Below, in pieces: positions 23,590 to 32,000 of a DNA stretch of 32,000 bases. The first letter of the stretch is position 1; every line of letters begins with the position of its first letter. Source of the DNA: Anabaena sp. UHCC 0187 (GTDB lineage: Bacteria; Cyanobacteriota; Cyanobacteriia; Cyanobacteriales; Nostocaceae). The notes beneath the pieces are model-generated. The model saw only the letters and a list, made by a program, of their open reading frames with translations, had not been told where the DNA came from and did not search any database. The stretch lies in contig NZ_VILB01000006.1 of NCBI RefSeq assembly GCF_009712035.1, positions 114,519-146,518 on the forward strand. Reading direction: 5' to 3'. A program made the position numbers and the translations under genes.

Positions 23590-23613
23590 CCTCCTCCGTG
23601 TCCTCTGTGTCTG
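23590..23613. repeat. Partial dispersed repeat unit (CACAGAGG-type, inverted)
   Basis: cctcctccgtgtcctctgtgtctg; its reverse complement resembles the core of 10488-10541. Confidence 0.45.
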
Positions 23614-23773
23614 GAGTGCTATGGCTATAGCTTGCGTGACGACGGAGGAGTCATAGGCCACGCTTGGCTATCGTTAAAAAAAACAGATTTTAATTTTTAA
23701 CACCACCCTGCGGTACTAGCTTATAATTGCCAAGGGGCTGATGCTCCTGTACTCGTAAGTCGAAGGGGGATAG

Positions 23774-25300
23774 ATGACAATTAAGCGGTTGCTGTTACTT
23801 GGACTAACTCTGTTAGCGATAATGTTGTCAGGGGTATCTTTATTGAATAGCTGGCAAAAACCTCAATTCCAGAGTCGTCTAGAATTGTACCAGACAAATA
23901 TCGTCTTACAAGCTCAAGCATGGCAACCAGAAGATAGTAGCGATAATAGTATTCAAACACTGCAAGAATCTATTCTCGGTGCAAATCCTCTAGAAAGTGC
24001 AATAAAGCAATATCAAGAAGCGAGTGAATCTGTTCACACCAGTTTGCAGACAACTCAAACAAAATTAGCAAAACTGCAATCTTCCGCAATTACTCCTATT
24101 CCCGCAGAGGAGAAAAGTTTACAAAAATCTATCCAGCAACAAGAAAAAATGTTAGCAGAGGTAGATTTACGGTTGGGAATTTTGCAAGCACAGCAACAGG
24201 AAACAGATAACGCTGTTAAAACTTGGAATGAATTACAGCAATATTCAGATATTAATCCCAAATATCAAGAAACTGCACAAAGTTTAAGCGGAATGTGGAG
24301 TAAACCTCCGCGTCTATTTCCCAAAGCTGAACAACTCATTCAACAAAATTTAGATGCTTGGTTTCGTTCTACAGCGTTAGAAAAATTATATCAACTCCAA
24401 CAACGTCAAGAAGCTTTATCATCTCTGAAAATTGCCCAACAAGAAGCAGCAACCCAAGCATTATTAAAATTGGCGATAATTGCTACTATCCCCACCTTAA
24501 CAGCCTTTATAGGGCTAATACTACTGATTTTCTTATTAGTTCAACGCTTACTTAAAGGGCGAGAATCTCTATTAGCGACAAATGGCGATTTACCTTGGTC
24601 AACTCCTTGGAATTGGGAAACAATTATCCAAGTTTTCGTCCTGGGTTTTTTCTTAATGGGACAATTATTTATCCCAGAATTATTATCTATTCTCCCTATT
24701 CCGCGGGGTACAGGTAATGCCAGAATTGAGGCTTTTGTGGTTTTAGTCAGTTATCTGTTAGTAGCTTTCGGTTCTTTGTCAGTGCTATATTTTTCCATTA
24801 GGCGTTTTTTCCCCCTTCCCGAACACTGGTTTCGCTTCAATGTCTTCAGTAATTGGTTTTTGTGGGGACTGGGTGGCTATTGTACAGCTTTACCCATTGT
24901 GGTGATAGTATCACTGATTAATCAAAAATTATGGCAAGGCCAAGGTGGCAGTAATCCACTTTTACAAATGGCACTAGAAAGCCGGGATAATACGGCATTA
25001 GGGATATTTTTCTTTACCGCAGCCATAGCCGCACCGTTTTTTGAAGAATTCCTATTTCGAGGCTTTTTATTACCGTCTCTGACTCGTTATACGTCGGTTT
25101 GGGGGGCGATTTTCGCCAGTAGTTTGTTGTTTGCGGCTGCTCACCTGAGTTTATCAGAAATACTCCCGCTGACAGCATTAGGGATGGTCTTAGGAATAGT
25201 TTACACGCGATCGCGCAATTTACTTTCTTCTATGCTGCTCCATAGTCTTTGGAACAGTGGCACATTAATTAGTTTGTTTCTTTTAGGTAGTAATAATTAA
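23774..25300 (+). CDS. CPBP-family intramembrane glutamic endopeptidase (CAAX protease-like) with a long N-terminal extension
   Basis: 508 aa. The C-terminal half carries FEEFLFRGF, FAAAHL and HSLWN motifs in hydrophobic helices. Confidence 0.8.
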   Translation: MTIKRLLLLGLTLLAIMLSGVSLLNSWQKPQFQSRLELYQTNIVLQAQAWQPEDSSDNSIQTLQESILGANPLESAIKQYQEASESVHTSLQTTQTKLAKLQSSAITPIPAEEKSLQKSIQQQEKMLAEVDLRLGILQAQQQETDNAVKTWNELQQYSDINPKYQETAQSLSGMWSKPPRLFPKAEQLIQQNLDAWFRSTALEKLYQLQQRQEALSSLKIAQQEAATQALLKLAIIATIPTLTAFIGLILLIFLLVQRLLKGRESLLATNGDLPWSTPWNWETIIQVFVLGFFLMGQLFIPELLSILPIPRGTGNARIEAFVVLVSYLLVAFGSLSVLYFSIRRFFPLPEHWFRFNVFSNWFLWGLGGYCTALPIVVIVSLINQKLWQGQGGSNPLLQMALESRDNTALGIFFFTAAIAAPFFEEFLFRGFLLPSLTRYTSVWGAIFASSLLFAAAHLSLSEILPLTALGMVLGIVYTRSRNLLSSMLLHSLWNSGTLISLFLLGSNN

Positions 25301-25637
25301 TTTAGTTGTCACGGAACAGGGAATAGGTTAATAGGATTGATTAGGTTATTGCTAACTGTTTTTATCCTCATTGCTAACTCTTCAACTACTTCTCAAATAA
25401 AATTATCCGGATTTCCCATCAATAGATATGTAGAAAAATCTATAGTGTTGTATCTTTGCTGATTTTGAGGTTAATTACTACCTGGAAATCAGCCAAGATG
25501 CTGCACGATATTTTTCTGCCAAATTTTCTATGTTTTTATGAGTATTTAAACTACAGAGAACTCTTGCTCAAAACAGTCATTATCAATTATCAATTTCCTA
25601 AATTTTATAATTCATAAATAAAGGAGCATAGTTAAAT

Positions 25638-25913
25638 ATGAGTAATCTCAACCCATCTCATACTACCAAACAACTATTAGCTAGTTATGCGGGAATTATT
25701 TTTGGCGGATTTGGGCTGCATAAGTTTATTCTTGGTTACACATCAGAAGGGCTGATTATGTTAGTAATTTCGGTAATTGGTGGCTCTTTTACCTACGGAT
25801 TTACATTAATAATTATGCAATTTGTTGGTTTAATTGAAGCGATGATTTATTTGAATAAACCCCATGAAGAATTTGTTAATACTTACTTTGTGAATAAGCA
25901 AGGTTGGTTTTAG
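25638..25913 (+). CDS. TM2-domain membrane protein
   Basis: 91 aa. GGFGLHKFILGYTSEG plus two hydrophobic helices. AAAGGAG precedes the ATG. Confidence 0.7.
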   Translation: MSNLNPSHTTKQLLASYAGIIFGGFGLHKFILGYTSEGLIMLVISVIGGSFTYGFTLIIMQFVGLIEAMIYLNKPHEEFVNTYFVNKQGWF

Positions 25914-25924
25914 GTAAAATTGAT

Positions 25925-26095
25925 ATGCAAATTCTCAAACATAAACAGATAGGCTTACTCATCCTGCTAATAATGAGTATGGGATACTTTACTATAGTAT
26001 CAGATTGGGAAATAAATTATTTCTATAAAAGCCTGATTTTGATGTTGCCCGTACAATTAACTGCAATAATTTACACTACCAGAACAAAACTATGA
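25925..26095 (+). CDS. Small membrane protein (hypothetical, 56 aa from the ATG)
   Basis: The track ORF starts at TTG 25904 and overlaps the previous gene. ATG 25925 gives MQILKHKQIGLLILLIMSMGYF... with two hydrophobic stretches. Coding status is uncertain. Confidence 0.35.
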   Translation: MQILKHKQIGLLILLIMSMGYFTIVSDWEINYFYKSLILMLPVQLTAIIYTTRTKL

Positions 26096-26239
26096 TTTTT
26101 GTGATTTAGATGATTTTTAGAATTTGCAGCAACTTAATATTCTTTCACTTGGTCAAAATGGCAGATTTGGCTTAACCTCAAAGTAGAGACGCTAGTTGTC
26201 AAGCGTCGAAACTAACAAGAGCGAAGCTAAAAACTGGCC

Positions 26240-28657
26240 ATGCAACTGATCCCAAAATCTGAAATAGTCCCAGAATCTAACCCTCCCACAAACATATTAA
26301 ACTTAGAGAAAATTATTTTAGATGTTGGGGGGATGAAGTGTGCTGGATGTGTGAATGCAGTAGAAAAACAGCTTATTAAGCATCCAGGAGTTAAAAGCGT
26401 TTGTGTCAACCTCGCAACAGAAGTTGCAGTCCTAGAGGTGGAAATTGGTATTGTAGATGCAGAGGCACTAGCTCAAGGATTGACAGCTACAGGATTTCCT
26501 AGCCAATTGCGAACAGCTAAAAGTGCTGGTGATAAATCTGCAATCCCTAACCCAGAAGCAAGACAGCGCCAAGAAATGCAGGCGACAATCAGACAGTTAG
26601 TAATTGCTAGTTTGCTACTACTGCTGTCGGGAATTGGGCATTTTGGTAATATTGGCTCTGCCATTTTTCCCTTCTTAAATGATATCTGGTTTCATTGTGG
26701 ACTGGCTACCATCGCCATTATTATTCCTGGTAGACCGATTTTAGTAGAAGGCTGGCTAGGTTGGCGACGGGGTGCGCCAAATATGAATACTCTCATTGGT
26801 TTGGGAACACTCACAGCCTATACTGCAAGTTTAGTGGCCTTATTGTTTCCCCAAATGGGTTGGGAATGCTTTTTTGATGAACCTGTGATGATGCTGGGTT
26901 TTATTCTTTTGGGGAGAACCTTAGAAAAACAGGCTAGAGGACGTGCGGCTAAAGCATTTCGGCAATTGTTAGCCCTAGCACCCCAAACAGCCCGGTTAAT
27001 TATTAACCCAGAACCAGAAAAATTAATTGCCGGTGCGAATATGATGGAAATTCCGGCGGAACAAGTGCGTGTGGGTGAATGGTTGCAGGTACTCCCAGGG
27101 GATAAAATTCCCGTTGATGGTGAAATTCGTTTTGGACAAACTACCATAGATGAATCTATGCTGACTGGGGAACCAGTACCCGTGATCAAGCAACCAGGAG
27201 ATATGGTCACCGGGGGAACTCTTAATCAGTCAGGAGCGATCGCTATTCAAGCTACCCGCATCGGTGATGATACAACTCTAGCCCAAATTGTGGCTTTGGT
27301 GGAAGCTGCCCAAACTCGCAAAGCCCCAGTTCAGAAATTAGCTGATACGGTGGCTGGGTATTTTACCTACGGTGTCTTAACAGCCTCTTGTTTAACATTT
27401 GCTTTTTGGTATTTGTGGGGAACTCACCTTTGGCCAGATGTTACTATGTCTGGTGCGATGGAAATGGCTCACAATATGGGACATAATCCCCAGGATTTAT
27501 TACCTCATACCCAGTATTCCTCACTATTAATTAGTTTAAAATTAGCGATCGCTGTTATGGTAGTTGCTTGCCCCTGTGCCTTAGGACTAGCTACCCCTAC
27601 AGCCATTCTGGTGGGAACGGGTATGGGTGCAGAACGGGGATTATTAATCAAAGGTGGTGACGTTTTAGAAAAAGTTCATAAACTAGACACGGTAGTTTTT
27701 GATAAAACCGGAACTCTCACCACAGGTAAGCCCACGGTGACAGATTGTCTAGTCATTGAAGAATCAGCTTTACCATTATCATTAATTCAACTAGCCGCAG
27801 CCGTAGAAAGCGGTACTTATCATCCCCTAGCTGTAGCTATTCAACAAGAAGCCAAACGCCAAGAATTAACTATCCCTCATGCTGTAGACTTCCACACCGC
27901 ACCGGGCATGGGTGTATCCGCTGTAGTCGAGGGAAAAAAGGTTCTTTTAGGTAACTGGGAATGGTTTAATTACCACCAAGTCAATATTAGTGAAACCGCA
28001 CAACAACAGGGATATAAATTAGCCACAGCCGGAAAAACCGTGATTGGTGTGGCTGTAGATGGGACTTTAATGGGATTAATTGCGGTTAGTGATACCCTCA
28101 GACCCGATGCGAAAACCGCAGTAGACAAATTGCGACACATGGGTTTGCGAGTCATGCTCCTCAGTGGTGATAGATTAGAAGCTGCCAATGCGATCGCTAA
28201 ACAACTAGGCATCGCCAAAGCTGATATTATGGCAGGTATTCCCCCAGCCCAGAAAGCTGCTACTATTCAATCTCTTCAATCTGGGAACATCAAATCTGTT
28301 GTCGCTATGATTGGAGATGGCATCAACGATGCCCCGGCTTTATCACAGGCAGATGTGGGCATCGCTTTACAGTCTGGTACAGATGTAGCAATGGAAACTG
28401 CTGAAATTATTTTAATGCGAAATTCTCTTACTGATGTTGTAAAATCTATTCAGCTAAGTCGAGCCACTTTTAATACTATCCGTCAAAATTTATTCTGGGC
28501 TTTTGCCTACAATACAATAGGTATTCCCCTAGCTGCCGGCATATTATTGCCTAGCTGGGGTTTTGTTCTGACTCCCTCCAGTGCAGCGGCATTAATGGCC
28601 TTTAGCTCTGTGAGTGTTGTGACTAACTCAATTGCATTAAGGAGGTTTGCTTCCTAG
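26240..28657 (+). CDS. Copper(I)-translocating P1B-type ATPase
   Basis: 805 aa. N-terminal HMA motif [12 protein letters not shown], the CPC transmembrane motif, DKTGTLT, HP in [15 protein letters not shown], plus YN (AFAYNTIG) and MxxSS (MAFSSVS) Cu(I) signatures. Confidence 0.9.
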   Translation: MQLIPKSEIVPESNPPTNILNLEKIILDVGGMKCAGCVNAVEKQLIKHPGVKSVCVNLATEVAVLEVEIGIVDAEALAQGLTATGFPSQLRTAKSAGDKSAIPNPEARQRQEMQATIRQLVIASLLLLLSGIGHFGNIGSAIFPFLNDIWFHCGLATIAIIIPGRPILVEGWLGWRRGAPNMNTLIGLGTLTAYTASLVALLFPQMGWECFFDEPVMMLGFILLGRTLEKQARGRAAKAFRQLLALAPQTARLIINPEPEKLIAGANMMEIPAEQVRVGEWLQVLPGDKIPVDGEIRFGQTTIDESMLTGEPVPVIKQPGDMVTGGTLNQSGAIAIQATRIGDDTTLAQIVALVEAAQTRKAPVQKLADTVAGYFTYGVLTASCLTFAFWYLWGTHLWPDVTMSGAMEMAHNMGHNPQDLLPHTQYSSLLISLKLAIAVMVVACPCALGLATPTAILVGTGMGAERGLLIKGGDVLEKVHKLDTVVFDKTGTLTTGKPTVTDCLVIEESALPLSLIQLAAAVESGTYHPLAVAIQQEAKRQELTIPHAVDFHTAPGMGVSAVVEGKKVLLGNWEWFNYHQVNISETAQQQGYKLATAGKTVIGVAVDGTLMGLIAVSDTLRPDAKTAVDKLRHMGLRVMLLSGDRLEAANAIAKQLGIAKADIMAGIPPAQKAATIQSLQSGNIKSVVAMIGDGINDAPALSQADVGIALQSGTDVAMETAEIILMRNSLTDVVKSIQLSRATFNTIRQNLFWAFAYNTIGIPLAAGILLPSWGFVLTPSSAAALMAFSSVSVVTNSIALRRFAS

Positions 28658-28823
28658 CACCGTAGGGCGGAATTAAAAATTAAAAATTAAAAAAGCAGAG
28701 TTAACCAGCTTTGCAGGAATTTTTAATAGCGAGTTTATTTTCGCCTTAGTGTAATATCCAATTATTTTGCAAATTTTTCTGTAATTTGTAGGAATTGCAG
28801 GAAAATATCCGCCACTAATATTT

Positions 28824-29297
28824 ATGATTGATCAAAGTTCAGGTGATTCTAGTATCTCTTTTAAAATGGCAACAGCAATTAATGAAAACCATTTACTGAT
28901 TATTGAAGACGACCAAGGACGGAAAGAATTTCCTTTAGAAAACCCTGTCTATTCTATTGGTAGAGATCGGGATTGTGATATCCGTTTGTTCTCCCAATTT
29001 GTTTCTCGTCATCATGCCACATTAGTAAAATTACCACGCCCGAATAATAGTCAGCGATTTTATTATCGAATTGTTGATGGTAATGCCAAAGGAAAACCCA
29101 GTTCTAATGGTTTAATGATTAATGGGCGGAAAATACCAGGCCATGACCTCCAGAATGAAGATGAAATTATTTTTGGTCCCCAAGTCCGTGCTATTTATTA
29201 TCTACTCAAAAATACTGATCGTTTGTCCTCAACTGATGCTAGTGAATATGACATTACATTAATTAATCCTGGCATGACTGACGATTTTGATGACTAA
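28824..29297 (+). CDS. FHA-domain protein
   Basis: YSIGRDRDCDIRLFSQFVSRHHATL...SSNGLMINGRKI...LQNEDEIIFG is the FHA core. The start could instead be the ATG giving MATAINENH. Confidence 0.8.
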   Translation: MIDQSSGDSSISFKMATAINENHLLIIEDDQGRKEFPLENPVYSIGRDRDCDIRLFSQFVSRHHATLVKLPRPNNSQRFYYRIVDGNAKGKPSSNGLMINGRKIPGHDLQNEDEIIFGPQVRAIYYLLKNTDRLSSTDASEYDITLINPGMTDDFDD

Positions 29298-29336
29298 CAG
29301 AGTTTTAATTTAAGCAGGTAACAATAAACAGGCAAG

Positions 29337-30257
29337 ATGAAAATAGCAATTAGTGGTGCAACAGGATTTGTGGGTAGTCGGCTGGTAGAGAGATTACACA
29401 CACAAGGGCATAGAATATTGGTGTTAACTCGAAATACTAACTTTGCCCACAAGGTTTTTCCATCCTCAACTTTTCCTAATGTCGAAATTATTGCCTATAA
29501 CCCCCGTGTATCCGGTGTTTGGCAAGATACTATAGCAGGTTGTGATGGGGTGGTTAATTTAGCCGGAGAACCCATTGCTGAAGAACGGTGGACACCCGAA
29601 CGCAAGCAAGAACTTCTTGACAGTCGCAAACTGGGTACAGAGAAAATTGTTGAGGCTATAGCTAAAGTTAATCCTCGACCCACTGTATTAGTAAATGCTT
29701 CTGCCATTGGTTACTACGGAACTAGTGAAACAGCAACTTTTGATGAAAATAGTCCTAGTGGTCAAGATTTTCTCTCCCAAATCTGTCGGGAGTGGGAAGG
29801 AGAAGCAGGGAAGGTAAAAGATGCTGGGGTGCGGTTAGTAATTTTGCGCTTGGGGATTGTTTTAGGTAATGGTGGCGCTTTGGGGAAAATGATTACTCCC
29901 TTTAAACTCTTTGCTGGTGGACCAATTGGTAGTGGTCGGCAGTGGTTTTCCTGGATTCATTTAGACGATATTGTCAGTTTAATCATCCAAGCTTTAACTC
30001 AACCAACAATGGAAGGGATATATAATGCCACTACTCCCGAACCAGTACGCATGAATGAGTTAAGCACAACTATGGGTGAGGTGATGAATCGTCCTTCCTG
30101 GTTGCCTGTGCCTTCTTTTGCTTTAGAAGCGATGTTGGGAGATGGGGCAAAGGTGGTATTAGAGGGGCAGCAGGTTCTCCCCAAACGCACTTTAGAGTCA
30201 GGTTTTCAGTATCAATATCCTAATTTGCAATCAGCACTAAAGCAGATTCTCAAGTAA
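29337..30257 (+). CDS. TIGR01777/SDR39U1-type NAD-dependent epimerase family protein (DUF1731 C-terminus)
   Basis: MKIAISGATGFVGSRL Rossmann motif, 306 aa, and a C-terminal LEGQQVLPKRTLESGFQYQYPNL tail. Confidence 0.85.
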   Translation: MKIAISGATGFVGSRLVERLHTQGHRILVLTRNTNFAHKVFPSSTFPNVEIIAYNPRVSGVWQDTIAGCDGVVNLAGEPIAEERWTPERKQELLDSRKLGTEKIVEAIAKVNPRPTVLVNASAIGYYGTSETATFDENSPSGQDFLSQICREWEGEAGKVKDAGVRLVILRLGIVLGNGGALGKMITPFKLFAGGPIGSGRQWFSWIHLDDIVSLIIQALTQPTMEGIYNATTPEPVRMNELSTTMGEVMNRPSWLPVPSFALEAMLGDGAKVVLEGQQVLPKRTLESGFQYQYPNLQSALKQILK

Positions 30258-30297
30258 ACGTTAGATTACTGATAGCAGATAGAATAGTTGATGTATC

Positions 30298-30552
30298 CTA
30301 TGACATCGGGGTGGATTTAGTCAATTTCTTAGATACCCAGCTAATAATGCCACTAAGTAACGCACCACCCATGAGGATACCAATGGCAGGGTTAAATAAT
30401 GGTATCCAGAGTTTATGCCACAAATCTAAACCGAGATTGATTCCTGAAGCATCACCAATCACAGCAATAACAAGCCACGCAAAACCCAAAATCACAAGGA
30501 AAACATCAGCGACTAAGATGAAGTTGAGCCAGTTTAATAATTTGTCTTTCAT
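30298..30552 (-). CDS. Small two/three-TM membrane protein (hypothetical)
   Basis: 84 aa with strongly hydrophobic helices (FILVADVFLVILGFAWLVIAVIG, AIGILMGGALLSGIISWV). I prefer it to the overlapping low-complexity plus-strand ORF at 30311-30805. Confidence 0.55.
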   Translation of the reverse strand: MKDKLLNWLNFILVADVFLVILGFAWLVIAVIGDASGINLGLDLWHKLWIPLFNPAIGILMGGALLSGIISWVSKKLTKSTPMS

Positions 30553-30560
30553 TTCTATTG

Positions 30561-30635
30561 GTCAGTTGTCAGTTGTTCGTTGTCAGTTGTTCGTTGAAAA
30601 TATTTTGTCCCTATCCCCTATTCCCTGTTCCCTAA
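30561..30635. repeat. Tandem heptamer arrays: GTCAGTT/GTTCGTT x5 and TCCCTNT x4
   Basis: Read directly: gtcagttgtcagttgttcgttgtcagttgttcgttg ... tccctatcccctattccctgttccctaa. Confidence 0.85.
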
Positions 30636-30642
30636 TTACAAA

Positions 30643-31068
30643 TTATTCTGTTTCAAATAACCATTTTTTGACTTTAACTAAGTTTTTCCAATCAGGGTTT
30701 CTGGTTAAACCATCTTCAATGCTGTTTTTAACTTCTTCTTGCCATTCTTCATTGACAAATATCAATTGTCGTGCAAAGTCAATGTGTTCCCGCAAACCTT
30801 TTTGACCTGTTTCTAGCATAGCTAAAGCTAGATTAATTCTAGCTTGTGGGTCTTGAGGATTGAGTTTCACAGCTTTATTAGCAGCGTTGAAAGCCAATTT
30901 ACCTTTGTTATCAAGAAGATATAACCAAGCGAGACAAACCCAGGCAGAACTGGCTTTAGGAGAGCGATCGCATACTTCTTTAAATACAGGAATCAGAGAT
31001 TCTACAGATTCTCCAGCTTTATAGCGTTCTAAACCTGTATCAAATAGGGAATCAACGGTATTAGTCAT
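30643..31068 (-). CDS. TPR-repeat protein
   Basis: 141 aa. AWVCLAWLYLLDNKGKLAFNAANKAVKLNPQDPQARINLALAML is a TPR-type consensus. Confidence 0.7.
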   Translation of the reverse strand: MTNTVDSLFDTGLERYKAGESVESLIPVFKEVCDRSPKASSAWVCLAWLYLLDNKGKLAFNAANKAVKLNPQDPQARINLALAMLETGQKGLREHIDFARQLIFVNEEWQEEVKNSIEDGLTRNPDWKNLVKVKKWLFETE

Positions 31069-31075
31069 TTGTTCT

Positions 31076-31185
31076 TAGTCAGTTGTTAGTTGTCAGTTGT
31101 CAGTTGTCAGTTGTTAGTTGTCAGTTGTTATGGAAAAATTCTTTCTCCCTGCTTTCTGACTCCTGACTCCTGACTCCTGACTCCT
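31076..31185. repeat. Tandem heptamer arrays: TTGTCAG/TTGTTAG x8 and CTGACTC x4
   Basis: Read directly: tagtcagttgttagttgtcagttgtcagttgtcagttgttagttgtcagttgttat ... ctgactcctgactcctgactcctgactcc. Confidence 0.85.
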
Positions 31186-31192
31186 CACAATA

Positions 31193-31549
31193 TTACACCC
31201 CGAAAGACTTACCGCAACCACAAGTTTGGGCAGCATTGGGGTTAGTAAATTGGAAACCACCACCAATCATGGCATCACTATAATCGAGCATTAAGCCGTA
31301 AAGGTAAAGGAGACTTTTACGATCGCTGATAATTTTGAAGCCATCATAATCAAACACCTCATCATCAGGGGTAATCTTGCTGACATCCTCAAAATCCATC
31401 ATGTAAGACATTCCCGAACAACCACCTTGTCTGACTCCCACCCGTAAGCATAAATCTTGTCCTTGCTTGTCTTGAAGAGACTTAACCTGACGCAATGCAG
31501 ATTCAGATAACAGAATTCCGCGTTGTTGAGTTTGAGTTGCTTGTGTCAT
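31193..31549 (-). CDS. A-type Fe-S cluster assembly/carrier protein (HesB/IscA/SufA family)
   Basis: 118 aa. [14 protein letters not shown] and the C-terminal [16 protein letters not shown] match the conserved Cys triad pattern. Confidence 0.9.
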   Translation of the reverse strand: MTQATQTQQRGILLSESALRQVKSLQDKQGQDLCLRVGVRQGGCSGMSYMMDFEDVSKITPDDEVFDYDGFKIISDRKSLLYLYGLMLDYSDAMIGGGFQFTNPNAAQTCGCGKSFGV

Positions 31550-31995
31550 AAGAATATCCGGTAAGTGGGAAACTCAGCGGCTTTAGCCCTGAGAGGGAAA
31601 CGGCACGAGCGGTTAAAACCGCCTTGAATATTTTTTCATTACCGCCTTGGAGTTGGTAAATTCGGTGTACTTTTGTAATGTACTTTCAACGGGACAATTA
31701 CCGATTCAAAATTCCCAACTCTGTACGCATAATGAATGTTTTGCTCCAAAGAGCCTCCCATTTCTGGGGTAATGTTAGCTTCGACCAGTTATCAGAGCTT
31801 GTTAAACTTGCAACACTGTTTCAGTGACCTTAAAACTGTTTAATTGCAAATGACAGAGCAGGGAACTAGCTACGCATTCCGGGGTGTCGTGACTCAAATA
31901 ACGGCTACCCTTCGACTATGCTCAGGGTGGTCTGGTCAGCACGGCTTGCTTGATTACTCTTGCAAGCCCAGTCCCTTTAGGGCTGGGTTACTGAC
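31550..31995 (-). mobile_element. Internally deleted (MITE-like) derivative of the IscB element, 446 bp
   Basis: 31550-31625 aligns with 18132-18228 and 31762-31995 aligns with 19531-19754. Only degenerate remnants of the iscB 5' and 3' ends remain between them (for example cgtacaga..aatcgg versus the RTDKYGFPNR codons). Confidence 0.8.
31762..31995 (-). ncRNA. Orphan omega-RNA-like sequence with no adjacent iscB
   Basis: The core ttgcaacactgtttcagtgac.ttaaaactgtttaattgcaaatgacagagcagggaactagctacgcattcc.gggtgtcgtgactcaaa is near-identical to 19576-19664. The terminal stems are kept through compensatory changes. Confidence 0.55.
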
Positions 31996-32000
31996 AAATT

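Noticed and set aside
25638-26095. TM2 protein plus small membrane ORF as a toxin or holin-like pair
   Set aside because: The only evidence is small size and hydrophobicity. There is no mobile or defence context, and the second ORF's coding status is itself doubtful.
26473-28218. Minus-strand ORFs 26473-26664, 26818-27210 and 27970-28218, and the 26227-26409 ORF over the ATPase start
   Set aside because: All are antisense to the well-supported Cu(I) P-type ATPase and give Pro/Ser/Cys-rich shadow-frame translations.
30311-30805. Plus-strand 164 aa ORF
   Set aside because: It runs antisense through the 84 aa membrane gene, across the heptamer repeat arrays, and into the antisense of the TPR gene. 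Its translation is low-complexity and its start is not an ATG.
31076-31185. Tandem short repeats considered as a possible CRISPR array (also 518-575, 5246-5317 and 30561-30635)
   Set aside because: The units are 7 nt and directly abutting with no spacers, and no cas genes are present. This is the STRR-type heptamer repeat typical of heterocystous cyanobacteria.
31193-31549. The IscA/HesB-type gene as the missing sulfur-donor partner (DndA substitute) of the dnd genes
   Set aside because: It is an A-type Fe-S carrier, not a PLP cysteine desulfurase. It is also separated from the island by 11 kb of unrelated housekeeping genes.

Overview
The window looks like chromosomal DNA of a filamentous, Nostocales-type cyanobacterium. 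This is inferred from the frequent HIP1 octamer GCGATCGC (about 15 copies by eye), tandem heptamer (STRR-like) arrays in intergenic DNA, and the gene content. Bases 1-7972 hold ordinary genes: an EAL fragment, a cupin, a Cache-HAMP-PAS-GGDEF sensor, a HEAT-repeat protein, a GNAT and an AmpG-like permease. Bases 7986-19924 form an AT-rich DNA phosphorothioation (PT) island. It holds dndC-dndD-dndE on the minus strand, with no dndA and no dndFGH, sspE or sspFGH. Two DGQHR (DndB-like) genes run divergently on the plus strand. Converging on them is a minus-strand operon of a small 57-62 aa protein, a 690 aa DndD-paralogous SMC-like ATPase and a 153 aa protein. This companion set is the best candidate for a poorly understood PT-dependent defence module; from memory its architecture resembles PbeABCD, with an extra small gene. 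An apparently intact IscB (HNH plus split RuvC) element with an upstream omega-RNA is inserted exactly at the ATGA stop/start overlap between the small gene and the ATPase gene. A 446 bp internally deleted copy of the same element sits directly upstream of an iscA/hesB-type gene at the right edge. Compensatory base changes between the two copies support a structured RNA. Bases 20316-31549 are housekeeping: uvrB (with a tandemly duplicated, broken copy of its 3' end), arfB, TPR proteins, a CPBP protease, a TM2 protein, a Cu(I) P1B-type ATPase, an FHA protein and a TIGR01777-type epimerase. I saw no rRNA, tRNA or CRISPR array.
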